A DNA stretch of 64,000 nt from Eledone cirrhosa (Eukaryota): contig OZ024746.1 of assembly GCA_964016885.1 (NCBI GenBank), forward strand, positions 67,208,001 through 67,272,000. Direction: 5' to 3'. A program made the position numbers and the translations under genes. This document shows positions 29,545-44,262 of the stretch, one piece after another. Within the stretch, counting starts at the first letter, position 1. Each line of letters begins with the position of its first letter. The notes below the pieces were generated by a model that was given only the letters and a program-made list of their open reading frames with translations, had not been told where the DNA came from and ran no database searches.

Positions 29545-30374
29545 TTATATATATATACGTCTATGTAGGCCTGTTGAATTGTCCCAGTGCACAACGTAGT
29601 ATTGACTTAAACATTTGGAATGGTAAATCTGCAATGCAAGGTCTATACTTGGTTGAGTAGTTGTTCTTCCATTAATTATATCAAGTTGTTGTCTCTTTCA
29701 AAGTTAGCTTATAGATAACTGAAAATAAACTTTTTATCTACAATCGATGAATGAGAGTGTCATTGATGTTATCTACGCCCACCTCAGACATGATCGCACA
29801 TACATGATGAACAACTATACAAGGCGTAACTATTACATATTGCGTAAAGAATATTACAACAAGAGCTGTATTCTCCACATTGCCACCATTCCTTAGCAAG
29901 AGAGTTGCGTGGAATTTTGGAAGGATGTGCTTGCTATATATAATTGGGCACGTGAAGGCAGAGGTTCACAGTGTAGTAAGGTGTTGGAGAGGTCACATCA
30001 AAACAATCGCCTGGAGTATATCACAAGATGAATATAACATTTTATAACTGTATGCTAAGGGCATATCAAGTGCATAATGGCTATCATCGAAATACGTATA
30101 ACAGCAATGACATAATTAATAAAATAACATAAGATCCCAACATGCTGCTTTCTCAAGAAGGATTAGAGAGACATTTCAAAATGAATCAAGATACAGTGGC
30201 AGTCAATACTGTACCAAAACTAAGCACAAGGCAAGAAATGTACACGAACGTGGTCAAGCTTTCTATTGAACACACATTCTCAGACACATATATGTATGTG
30301 TGGGTGTGAGAGTGATATATGTATATATATATATATATAAAAACACATATATATATATTAAAAAGCACAAACCC

Positions 30375-30448
<74 letters not shown>

Positions 30449-30964
30449 GGGTTTGTGCTTTTTAAATTTCATCTAGTGTTTCAGCCCACACAAATTAATT
30501 TACTTAATGTTTCTGCAGACGAGTGCGCCGATTGCATCCATGAGAAATGTATTTCTACATGAAAAATATCACATAATTATACTGAACAACATAAACTATA
30601 CATAACAAGCATCCGTTAGATTATAAAATATTTCAATGTTCCTCAAAGCCTATAAAAGATCAGAAAATGTCTGGTTTAATATTAAAATAAAGTAAAAATT
30701 TATCTTTAATTTTCAATGTCTTTCAAAAATTTTCTGTCATAATGTGGTTTATACTTTTTAATTTCCTATTTCTAAATTTTATTCTGATCTTAACAACTAC
30801 ATTAATATCTTGCCATTACTAACCGTAAATAATATCACTTCCCCCACCTTACTCTGTCATATTTTCTATCTCACTCTTAAAACAGGAGAGTGTGTGTTTA
30901 TTCATGTATACATACCCCCATATATTTATATATGTATATATATATATATATATATGAAAACTAT

Positions 30965-31172
30965 ATATAGGAAAATCTTAAAGAACCCGACGACAGAGCT
31001 CAAGCTGTTTCGGCGGCTATTTCAGAAATAGCCGTCGAAATGGCTTGAGCTCTGTCGTCGGGGTCCGGGGTCTAGAAGATGTTCCTATTACCCACTCTAC
31101 TACACTAAGTATTGAGTACTCTGGTGCGTTATGGTCCACCTGGTTCCTTACCACACTTCCTTCGTTTTATAT
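30965..31172 (+). mobile_element. Short family A (Naiad) fold-back end
   Basis: Palindrome ~30985-31063 centred in HHR stem II (ggctatttc-a-gaaatagcc), then tail cctattacccactctactac...ccttcgtt into TA. Confidence 0.8.
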
Positions 31173-31177
31173 ATAAC

Positions 31178-31595
31178 CTTGATCACCTTGACCGACCAGT
31201 CTGTCGGGCGTCCATTCGGCGCCGCTGGTCACAGCACGCCGTCCATTCCTCTCTGGATCGTGCTTTCCTCATCCATGTAGTCCCAATCATATTCCTAAAA
31301 TCGTAACTCCACCTTCGCGAAGACCTTCCGAGTGGTCGTTTCCGCACACGCGGGTACCAGCGAGCGAAAGAGTACAAAATGCTTCTTTGCGTCGCGTTCG
31401 TAGACTACGAGAAGGCCTTCGACAGCGTCCAAATACAGGCAGTGCTGAACTCGCTGCAGAGGTAAGGAGTCGAGGCGCAATACGTTCAACTGCTTAGGGA
31501 GGCGAATTCCAGATGCACCACCGACATAGCTCTGCTGTCATCACCCGTACGAGTGCCGGTCGAGAAGGGAGTGAAGCAAGGAGATACGATCTCTC
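31178..31595. mobile_element. RTE-clade LINE fragment with internal inversion
   Basis: 31178-31358 (-) gives the C-terminus WYPRVRKRPLGRSSRRW...AR.REEW; 31360-31595 (+) gives RT motifs FVDYEKAFDSV and GVKQGDTIS. Confidence 0.85.
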
Positions 31596-31602
31596 GAATC
31601 TC

Positions 31603-31655
<53 letters not shown>

Positions 31656-31656
31656 T

Positions 31657-31930
31657 ATTCTAGGACGGGTAAAATTCCCGAGATCCATCGACGAGTTCTC
31701 TCAAGCGGCCTCTGTCCCTCATTATCGCTGTCATGTCCTGCGTCTCCAACAGACCAGTGTCTGTCCTTAGGGAATCAACATACGTTAACCTTGGTCTTCC
31801 TCTTCCAGTGTGTCCATGTTGGGGCTCCCACAGGGGCACTGAGTGCAATGTCAACTCTGGATGTCGGTGAGCATGTCCAGCTAACCTCAGTCTCCTCTGT
31901 GTCACGTTTGAGCTGACTTTTGGGAATAAC
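31657..31930 (-). mobile_element. RTE/RTEX-like LINE 3' fragment
   Basis: RRLRLAGHAHRHPE...LWEPQHG..GRGRPRLTYVDSLRTDTG...MRDR. Confidence 0.8.
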
Positions 31931-32021
31931 CAACAAATTAAATATCTCTTTGCTTATACATATATATATATATATATAACAAATATATATATATATATAA
32001 CAAATATATATATCTATATAG

Positions 32022-33030
32022 CAAATAAAGTGTGGTCAGAAACCAGGCGGACCATAACGCACAAGAGTACTCGATACTTAGGGTAGTAGAGTGGGTTTAC
32101 TTTCCATATCGCTTGAGGAGGGCCCTTCAAAGGTTGAGACTAAACAGAGTGAGGTTACCTTACATATCGCGTGAGAAAATTTACCGTCCTTAGGTGGAGG
32201 CATGCGCTGGAGAAATCGGCCCTTCTGTTGATTAGTTGCGGTCTTCCTCGGAGTATCTCGAGAGTTTCACTGATGCAGAGGCTGCACACAAAGGATCAAA
32301 CCCTGTTTGAGGGAATCTCACCATTCTCGCGGGAAGAGTATTCTATCTATTTTAAGTTTCCAGATTAACTCTTAAAAGGCTAGGGTTGTTTACATTTCTC
32401 GATCCTTTTAAATGAGAGAACATGATTTTACCACCGGTCCTTGTATCTCATCGAAGTTGCTCCAAATTCTGAGTTGGTCTGTTGACCCTACACTTTTAAA
32501 CGAGGTATTTTACCAAACATTGATTTGTGAGCGGGAATGAGTCCAGGTCCCTGCAGTTGGATTTCCTATCTTCTCTTGCACCGGTGCAGTCTATGGGGGA
32601 AGTCCAGCGGTGGTGCACTGTAGGTTATCGCCGGGGTCCTGTGCAAGGTTCCTCCAATGTCTTTGGTTCCCCGGAGCGGCGCTACCACAAGAGTTCACCT
32701 GGTTCACACTAGCACTGTCAGCCGTGTGTCTAGGCATGCTTAACTTTTCCTTGTTGATACCGGCTATGTGCCAGTCAAGGTTGCGTGTGGTGGAATAAGA
32801 TAATATAAGTGTGTGCATATTGAAGATCTTGTGGTACCCATGGAAGCAATTGTCTAGCGCTCTAAACATATAGCCTGGCTATTGTGATCTGGAATCCCAC
32901 GAACTATGGTGGATTATACTAAATATTTTTTCTATGCCCAGTGATACTGTTAGTGGGTTTTCGTTGGGCCCTGTTGGGTACCTGCGGGATCACAGGGTTG
33001 TCTTGCGCCTGGATGGTTGTTAACGCTCTG
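32022..33030 (-). mobile_element. Decayed Naiad-type PLE: RT thumb/linker + GIY-YIG + family A tail
   Basis: Frameshifted peptides RKNI*YNPP, HKIFNMHTLILSYS...N, NCR....PL..QCL...LV*KC, GATSMRYKDRW*NHVLSF, CSLCISETLEIL...LINRRADFSSACLH; 32022-32100 is the family A tail next to TA. Confidence 0.8.
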
Positions 33031-33257
33031 TGTATATATGCGTATATATATGTGTGTGTGTGTGAATGTATGTGAATATATACATATATATGTATGTATA
33101 TCATAATGATTTCTAGTATCATATACTTATAATAATGATGATAATAATACTAATTATATATATATATATATCATAGAAAAAAGAAATACTCTACTCTATG
33201 TGAGCATCGAGTGCTCATACGGCCTACCGCACACAGACGCTTTAAGCATCCAACACG

Positions 33258-33675
<418 letters not shown>

Positions 33676-33690
33676 GGTGTTGGATGCTTA

Positions 33691-34290
33691 AATGTTCGGT
33701 AAACCGATACGTATATATATATATATATATATGTGTGTGCCTGTATGTATATATATACATGCTACTGTACGTCTGTATACATATATGTATGTACGTATAC
33801 ATACATACTTACATTTAAGTATGAGCCGTACTAAGAGTGAGAAATGAAATTTCGTTTCATTCTATTCCATTTATCGTTTTCGGTGCGCCCGGCCGACTAA
33901 CTCACTCGATATGCAAATTAGGCTGTTCAGCCGTTAATATGCATTAGAAAAATATATACTTTCAGACATTTAATCATCTGGCAGAAAGGTATAAGATGCT
34001 GACGATAGCTAATAAGCTTGAAACTAGTACATCGTTCCTGTGTCAGTGTTGAACACTGTACGGCGTAATTCGGGCTGTTTGTTTGTTTACAAACAAACAA
34101 ACCGAGCATTATAATAAATGTTCGGTAAACCGATACGTACATATATATATGTGTGCATGTATGTATATATATACATACTAATGTACGACTGTATACATAT
34201 ATGTATGTACGTATACATACATACTTACATTTAAGTATCAGCCGTACAAAGAGTGAGAAATGAAATTTCGTTTCATTCTTTTCCATTTAT
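33691..34290 (+). mobile_element. Family F non-coding HHR element in partial tandem (~1.4 units of ~420 bp)
   Basis: 33691-33874 is repeated at 34117-34290; HHR lies between the repeats; a near-monomer copy is at 62028-62445; (TA)n on both sides. Confidence 0.75.
33995..34033 (+). ncRNA. Minimal hammerhead ribozyme (family F)
   Basis: gatg CTGACGA t-agct-aata-agct-t GAAA c-ta-g TA catc; palindromic ACTAGT at stem III. Confidence 0.8.
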
Positions 34291-34311
34291 ATATATATCT
34301 ATATATCTATA

Positions 34312-34355
<44 letters not shown>

Positions 34356-34389
34356 AAAGTTCTATTTAAAGTTGTTGGGATACGACAAG

Positions 34390-34440
<51 letters not shown>

Positions 34441-34518
34441 TATATATACATGTATACAGACTCATATATATATATATATATATATGTATCTATATAGATG
34501 TATATATACATATATATG

Positions 34519-34740
<222 letters not shown>

Positions 34741-36014
34741 ATATTTAGTGTGTGTGTGTGTATGTGTGTAGGCTTGCATGAGTGTATTCATTTCTATTCT
34801 TCATGTGATTTATATGTACTACCAATGTTTACAGCGTCTTCCAGATTTTACTGAATTTACTGATATTAACATTGTTTAATATTCATCTTTTGCATCATCT
34901 CAAATCACCCGTTTACCGCACATTTTTATTACTTTAACTTCTTTCACCTTATTCATATTTATTTTATTTTTTCATGTCTGCTTTCTCCGTTTGTTTCCAC
35001 ACACTTCAGACTTTCTTTTGTTACTTTATTAGATAATATATCCGGATATCTAAAATCGCATCAGCTATTTAACGACACACGATGAAGCGATATTAATAGA
35101 AACTTATTTGAAAACAACATTCTTATTTCCCAACAGTTTTGCTGGCATCAATATTTCATTAAACTGCATAGATTTACCTAACTATTACATGTTATTGCCG
35201 CATTCGGGAGAAATAGCAGCACACCGTTTATTTAATTTGAAAGACCGAGTTTTCTGCCGTTTAGTAAGTTAGCATTTAGTACGTAATAAATATCTAGCAA
35301 ATGAATAGAGAGAAAATTTGTCTGGAATTAATCCTTTCATGTTATTCTATACGCCAGCTGTGTTTACCATATTAGTAAATGGTATGGACGTAAACCTTAG
35401 AAAATGATTTCAATCATGTTGATAGCTGCCTTTTAGAATTTGATGCAAATTTTAATTGTAAAAGAAGGTGGTATTTCTTTAATACATCACATTTTACTAT
35501 ATTAAGTGGCAAACAAAATGCCTTTTGGTACTTATTCCAACTCTTTATGTTTTGAGCTCAATTCGCGCCAGGATCAACTTTGCCTTTCATCATTTTAAGT
35601 ACATTAGAAAAAAAATGAATAAAATAGTGAGATTTTCTAGGATATTTCTTAAATTCTAGACGGTCTGTGTTAAATCACACTAACGGTTATTCGATTTAAA
35701 CCACAACCTGGTACTTATGTGACTTTAGAAAAGTTTTCACTGTTGCAAGTATTCGGACGTGGTTTGGGAATACTCTTCTTCCTACTTCCAACCAATCCAG
35801 ACACCTTGAGGGGTCATTGTCCTTCCACATTCAATAAAAAACACCAGGATTTTTTTCATTCTGACGACTGAAAGCAGATTTGTTTGCTTTCAAGAAACCA
35901 CTGGTAAATGAAATAATTATATTATGTTGTTTATTACATAACTAATAAGCTCTGTAACCTACATAGAGCACTCTTTTTTCCTGGACCTTTCCGACGGAAT
36001 TACTTCATTCACAC

Positions 36015-36050
<36 letters not shown>

Positions 36051-36303
36051 GATCTATGTGTGTGTGTGCATGTGCGTGCGTATGTCTTTATGTGTGTATA
36101 GAGGTAAAGGGAGAGGTGTTTAAATCAAGGTAAGCAAATGAAGACACATCAGGGGAAGGATGTATGTACAAAAAGGTAAAAATAATGTGTACAATGAAGA
36201 TAGTAAATATTCATGACAAATGTTTGAAAAAGGTGAAGCTCTAATGGAAGGAATAACATTGAAACAGGAAAAGTGTTAAACGATACCAAATTAAAGAAAG
36301 GAC

Positions 36304-36425
<122 letters not shown>

Positions 36426-36439
36426 CTATCTCTTCATAC

Positions 36440-37290
36440 ACCGAGGAGGTCGGCACCTTACTGAAGGAAAACGAAAGGTTCACAGGAGTGAAGCTGAACC
36501 GGTACAAGTCCATCGTTTTACAACTCGGATCGTGGAGAGGCAAACCGATGCCTTCCGATGGCGTCGACGGACGCTGGACAGAAGCACCGGTGAAGCTGCT
36601 CGGGGTTTTTTTTGGTCCGGAACTCCAGGTGGAGAAGAACTGGAACGAGGTGACGGCCAAGGTGTTTGCACTCACCCTGAAGTGGGCCGAGTGCAAAATA
36701 TGCTTGAAAGGTCGAGCGAAGGTGGCGAACACTTTTATAGCGTCCGTCATCTACTACCGCTTGACCGTCGAGCCTTGCCCAGCCAAAACGAACACCAAAA
36801 TGGAACGCGCGCTCTTCCAATTCCTTTGGAAGAAGCGGGCTTCTTTGGGGAGAAGATCCATCCATTGTCAAAACTCTTCCAACGGAGGGCTGGGGTTACC
36901 GTGGCTGACGATGCGCAAACACGCGCTCAGGCTGCGGCACCTCCACGTATTCCTCACCGGACAACCGGTGTGGGCCTCGTTCGTGAGGCGAGCCTTCCCA
37001 ATACTCGTCTCGCTGACTGAGCTGCAGTCCTGGGTCAAGCAAATACCGAGAAAAATGGGCGACTGGCACATCGAATATGCTCAGGTGGTCACAGCCCTCT
37101 GGCAGGCGGACCCGGCGATCAGTGGAGACTCCACTTCGTTATATTCTATAGAGGGTTAATCCGCAGCAAGTGCGACGACGTGCTCGATGAAACTCTAGGC
37201 GTAGAGGAAGACTAACTGGCCAATCTGTTCGGTAGGACCTTCCGCCCGGGACTAATGGACAACTTCCAAAAGTCCCTGGCCTGGGCTGGT
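36440..37290 (+). mobile_element. L1/Tx1-clade LINE ORF2 fragment following (TC)n/(TATC)n
   Basis: ORF 36488-37159: KLN..KS...LGSW, VKLLGVFFG, NW, W....LKGRAKVAN, FQFLW, GGLGLP; GC-rich island. Confidence 0.85.
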
Positions 37291-37698
37291 TTTCCAAAGA
37301 ACACCCTTCACAGATATCTATCTACCTTGAAGGGTAGACTTTCTAGATGCAATCACATGGTCATTAATGACCAAGAGAGAGTGGTGTTTTACTCTATATA
37401 TAAATCAAATATTAAAATTGGCGAATAGTATTCGCTTGACATTTCCTGTCTAAACTATATTTTCCGAACCTATCCTAAGTTAAAATGTAATATATCCTTC
37501 TTAATAAAGGGCTTGATTTGCTTCTTTTTCATTTATTCATCTAAATCGTGGACTTCATGATGATCTGAAGGCATTTCATGGAATTGGGAAATGAAAAGAT
37601 GTCATATGTCATCTATTAATGAATCTGCACGGTCTTGGCAATGATATCTTATATCATATATATATATATATATATATATGATATATATATGTATGCAT

Positions 37699-38597
<899 letters not shown>

Positions 38598-38757
38598 CAC
38601 CTACACGACCACCCACATCGATTAGAAGTTACGGTTCAATACATCTCTATAATTTTTGCATTTGATTATAGTAAAAATTATTTATACAACGCCAAATGTT
38701 ATAATGACGAGAAAACCAAGAAAACACGCAAGTAGATAAAATCAGGCAGGTACTCAC

Positions 38758-38802
38758 CATTACTAACCAAGCGTTCGTTATGAGAACTTGGTTCTTTTCA
38801 TC
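38758..38802 (-). CDS. Nicotinic acetylcholine receptor subunit, internal 45-bp exon (loop D region)
   Basis: ttttttcatttcag|DEKNQVLITNAWLVM|gtgagt; 45 bp, phase 0/0; splices in frame to 20102-19993 across an ~18.7-kb intron. Confidence 0.92.
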
Positions 38803-39112
38803 CTGAAATGAAAAAACGTAAATAAGTTGAAGTATATAGAAAGAAATTCCAGACATACAGACAGAAGCAAAAACAAATAGGGATATTCGGTTAGACAAGC
38901 AGATAAATAAATATACACTGTATATACAAGGCTCACGCTCAACAGATATATAGGTATAAAGATGCATGTATTCTTACATACCTATATATCTACATATTCT
39001 CGTACATACATACATAGATACATCCATATATACACCTAAATTCATGCATACATACACCTGAATTCAAATGATGGGGGGTGTTTCTTAGAATCATGAGATA
39101 TTGGCAAGAATT

Positions 39113-39189
<77 letters not shown>

Positions 39190-39711
39190 CACATATAAAT
39201 GTTCATAGCCCAGTGAGTATAAACCAGACTTCTAAATTAATACTCAAATTCCTAAATATACGCAAATCTTTATTTATATATACAGGAAGATTTTATTGGC
39301 AGAAATATGCTTGGTACTGAATTTGTCCACACAAGCAAATAAGTTTATTTGAATTGGAAATCAAAAGATGAATATTTATTACAGCATAAACACAGTCATA
39401 GTTTAAGTCACACGTTCACAGGGAGAAGAACATACGTCCACAACTTTACGCTTACACACAAACGCGCGCACCCAACACACACACACGCATTCGCATACAT
39501 ATGATGACACAAACAGAAATACGCACTCACATACAGCCATATGTTTTCTTACAGTTATCACACATATGAAACATCAATAAACGCATATATAAAACAAACG
39601 TCGTATGTACATGTCTTCTTTACTCGTCCTTAACATTTGAACTCACATATACATATTCACACATATACTCATACGCACACACACACACAGACACATATAA
39701 TATGCATATTT

Positions 39712-39784
<73 letters not shown>

Positions 39785-39993
39785 AGTGCATGTAGTTTGG
39801 GTGTGTGTATGTATGAGTAGGTGTGAAAGTCAGTATGTATTACATTTTACAGAAAGCTTGACGTGCAACCTTTTCTCTTCATCACCTGTTGACTGCAAAT
39901 CATATACATAGATGTTCTCCAGTATATTTCAATACACAATTACATGAACACGTATCTACACACACACACATAGGTCTCCCGTTCTCTCTCTCT

Positions 39994-40040
<47 letters not shown>

Positions 40041-40145
40041 TGAAATACCCATGACCGCTGGTAAATCACTGATGAGGGACTCATTTTATAACATGTTATC
40101 CATGTGCAACCATGCCGTATTATTCTCCCAATTTTTTCATATATA

Positions 40146-40310
40146 TGAATCGAACTCACAACCTTACGATTGCGAATCGAATTCTCTAACCACTCAGCCA
40201 CATGCCTTCATATATATATATATTCGCAATCGTAAGGTTGTGAGTTCGATTCATGGACCAGGCGATACGTTATGTCCTTGAGCAAGACACTTTATTTCAC
40301 GTTGCTCCTT
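40146..40310. mobile_element. Second tRNA-SINE family, head inverted relative to body
   Basis: 40146-40211 (-) has A box TGGCTGAGTGG and B box GAGTTCGATTC; 40223-40310 (+) repeats the B-box segment and continues with gtccttgagcaagacacttta. Related heads at ~53219-53270 (+) and ~63965-63993 (-). Confidence 0.7.
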
Positions 40311-40405
40311 CTACCTGGAGTTGCGACCGATAGATAGTATTAGCAATTGGAAAGACCAACGGAAACATTGTTCCCTCGGTCCGATTTGACGAAAGTCGAT
40401 CGTTC

Positions 40406-40458
<53 letters not shown>

Positions 40459-40784
40459 GGGTGTGTATGATTGTGTTTAGAAGATTATATTAATAAAAGT
40501 CTGATTTACTCGTTTTATTTACAATCCTTTAAAATCATAATGATATTATAATGAAATAGTATGGTAGAATATTAAATGTTAAGTGTTAAGTACTTTCATG
40601 CTTTCGCAATTTTCAGGTTCATATTCTGTGGTGACAGTCAAATTTGCAATTTTCATATATATATATATATTTGCCGAACTCCACGTGGGGTCAGTAACAG
40701 CCATTCCTTGTATTAGCAATTGAACTAAAACCTGTTGATAAAGTGGCTTCCTTGTTCAATCATCTTATCAGAAGCCTTACATTA

Positions 40785-40975
40785 TTTGGATTGGCAGTAT
40801 TGGTAGAGTGTCGGATGCCATGCTTTGGCGCATAGAGTTACGGCCCTTGCCATTCTGAGTTCAAATTCCGCCGAGGTTAACTTTGCCTTTCATTCTTACG
40901 GGGTCGATAAAATAAAGTACCAGTAATACACTGGATAATTTGCTGGCCTTGTGCCTAACGTAGAAACAGTTATTT
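40785..40975 (+). mobile_element. tRNA-derived SINE
   Basis: Same A/B boxes, core and tail as 17026-17218. Confidence 0.85.
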
Positions 40976-41288
40976 ATGTAAGCGGACAGTACTTGATTTA
41001 GGAGTCGCAGAAACCCAAATGCTGGATTTTACCAACCATCCAGAGGTCCGGGTAAATTTTCAATCACATATATTTTTATTTATTTGACCCGAATTACTTG
41101 GTCGTTTCTTTGGCTGTGCGGATGTTTGTTTAACCATCGTCTCAGTGTGTTTGGCCTTTAACGTATGTTGTAGCTCTGGTTCATCTGTATCATCGAACGC
41201 TTGCCACACTTCTCGGAAGTTGTTTTTCGTTATTTCCTAAGCTGAAATACGATTCTCGCTAATTTATATTTATATATATATATATATA

Positions 41289-41324
<36 letters not shown>

Positions 41325-41325
<1 letters not shown>

Positions 41326-41505
41326 CCTCGACGGCTGAGCTCCTGCCGTTTCAACAGCTAGATCCGTATTGATCTGATCTAGCTGTCGAAATGGCAGGAG
41401 CTCAGCCGTCGTGGTCCTGAATTTTTCATATTATCCACTCTACTAACCCAGTATCATGTACTCTGGTGGTAATGGTCAAACTGGTTTTTACAGCATCCAT
41501 TCGGA
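41325..41505 (+). mobile_element. Diverged family A-like fold-back end
   Basis: Palindrome 41329-41411 (gacggctgagctcctgcc...ggcaggagctcagccgtc) plus a family A-like tail, within (TA)n. Confidence 0.7.
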
Positions 41506-41549
41506 TATATATATAGATATATATATATATATTTATATATATATATATA

Positions 41550-41815
41550 CACCAACAACTAGGAAGACCTGTTTTTGCATTATAAGTCAGTCCTTCCCCT
41601 CGGTGCTAAAACCGGATACATAAGGAATGAGCTTACGCGTAGCCGGACTAAATGCGGAAAGGCAAAGGGACATGTTACTCGCACTGCACACTTCATTGGT
41701 GTACTAAAGACGAACGAATACCCACCATCAACAGTGAATCATCTTAGGAATTGAAGGCGAAGCAGGCATAAGATCTCCTCTAACACGTGCTTCATGAAAG
41801 TACCTATCACTGGCA
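41550..41815 (+). pseudogene. PLE reverse transcriptase thumb-region fragment
   Basis: DLFLHYKSVLPLGAKTGYIRNELTR...KC....HFIGVLKTNEYP matches the PLE H..S..P...K......E..R....C...L..N.YP pattern; flanked by (TA)n. Confidence 0.65.
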
Positions 41816-41865
41816 TACACACACATATATATATATATATACACACATATATATATATTTATATA

Positions 41866-42098
41866 TATAGGAAAATGTTTAACCCCGACGGCAGAGCTCA
41901 AGCCGTTTCGACGGCTATTTATTGACTATTTATGGTGCGTTATCGTCCATCTGGCTCATTACCACAACTAACCGAAACGGCTTTAGCACTGCCGTCGGAG
42001 TTAAACATGTTCCTATTACCCACTCTACTACCCTAAGTATTGAGTACTCTGGTGCGTTATGGTCCATCTGGTTCCTTACCACACCTCCTTCGTTATTT
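41866..42098 (+). mobile_element. Family A fold-back end with an extra internal tail fragment
   Basis: Inverted arm 41866-41920, a partial tail copy 41933-41967, then the GAAA-stem III-GTC half and full tail. Confidence 0.75.
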
Positions 42099-42676
42099 AT
42101 ATATATATATATATATATGTGTATATATATATTTATATATATATATAAATATATCACACACTCATAGATATACATGTTTTTATGTGTATATGTATATATG
42201 TGTCCTTGTGTATGTGTGTTTGTTAGTGTTGAAGATACTGTTCAGTTTCAATTATTCCTTAATGTCATTGCTTTTGGTTCGGAATAGCAGTGTTTCTACT
42301 GTCTGATCATCAGATGTATCGTTGTTATATCTTAGTCCTTCCTTTCTTATAGGCATCTGTATTTCCTGGTGTAACATGCAGTTTTTATTTCACCTTAACA
42401 CTAAGCCTCTCTAAGTTAAGTTTGAATCTTACAGCTGGCCGTTAGACTCACACATCACAAGTCAAGTTTTCAATCTATTGTATATATGACGCCTTTGGCA
42501 GGCAACATCCTAGATATTGACCTTGACGCATAGTATTGCTTCCTTCTGTGATTAAAATCACACTTTTGTTCAGGATTCTGTATAATACAAAGGTATTATG
42601 CTTTAATGTTCTCCTAACTGTATAAACACACACCTAAAATGCATTATATCTAGAGCTATCCCTCTATCTATCTAAC

Positions 42677-42892
<216 letters not shown>

Positions 42893-42901
42893 CATATATA
42901 T

Positions 42902-42951
<50 letters not shown>

Positions 42952-43085
42952 ATATATACATATATATATATATAATATATACTTATCAAATATTATGTAT
43001 AGCTGCTTCCCACACGGCTAACGTATTTTCAAATTACCCTAACACTTGGTAATTTAAGAAAGGTATACACACACACACACACATG

Positions 43086-43152
<67 letters not shown>

Positions 43153-43677
43153 CCTGGCAATTACCCGCTGTTTCATGGCAATAATTCTAATTCTTCAGTT
43201 AGATAACACGCAAGATGTCCGCTGGGCACACAATAAGCTAATAAGTACAGACTCTTTAATATGGAGTAGTCAAATATTTACCATACCTCTCATTTTCAGG
43301 TAAACATTTCTCTTTTGTGTTTAAGGAATCTGTATTGGTAGTATGACGTTCTTAGTTCGAGGTTATCCGAATATCCACCTCCAAAAAGGGGTATCTTAAT
43401 CAGCTGACTAAACGTAAAGTGGAATAATTTCAGACCATCTTTTATTCTAAATTTATTTTATTCCTTGTCATATGTTACTGCTCTTGCGAAATATTGACGT
43501 CATTTAAATATATTAAAGTATTAATCTCAACAGCACAATATACTCTGTCTTATTATTATTACCCATATTGAGTTCTTTGACTAATCCTGATATTTTCAAT
43601 CAGAATATCGAATTATAATACATTCACAAACACACAGATATGTATATATGTATGCATAAATATATATATATATATAT

Positions 43678-43776
<99 letters not shown>

Positions 43777-43789
43777 TATATATATATGT

Positions 43790-43975
43790 ATAGGTCGGTA
43801 AAGATATCCAAAGCTTAGAGAAACGCAAGTCCGTAGGGCGAGTTTAATATAACTATTAGGGCTAGTTACTACAACGGCGCCATACCAGTTACGTACGTTT
43901 CGTTAGACCTGCGGACTACTACCGAAACGCACATATATGGAATGGCACCGTTATATTACCTGGCCTTAAGATTTA
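43790..43975 (-). mobile_element. Fold-back unit (family L) with an HHR 3' half
   Basis: Imperfect arms ~43855-43902 and ~43923-43972; minus strand c GAAA c-gtac-g TA actgg. Confidence 0.5.
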
Positions 43976-44174
43976 TATATATATATATATATATTATTTA
44001 AGGCCAGTTTCTCGATATGAATACCCCCTCCGCCTCCGTGGTATTTTCTTCGTGGTTATAAGAGGCTTAGCTCTGTTTCTCGACCGTTATATCGCGTGAC
44101 TATCTCCCCCTCCGCCTTTTGGGATTCTTTCTCACGTCGTGTAGACGCGTTCTTGAGACTAGTAAAATGAGGTA

Positions 44175-44262
44175 TCCTCTTGATAAGTTGGCAGACCTCG
44201 CAAGGACTCTATATCTTTGATATATTGTTTTTGTTTATGCCACGAAACTACGTAGTCGAGGA
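44175..44262 (+). ncRNA. Type-I hammerhead ribozyme, U3-A8 core variant
   Basis: tcctc TTGATAA g-t-tggca...tgcca-c GAAA cta-cg-tag TC gagga; predicted cleavage after 44257. Confidence 0.8.

Noticed and set aside
40035-40085. CTGATGAggg next to (TA)n
   Set aside because: No downstream stem II/GAAA; the upstream GAAA does not give a valid permuted fold.
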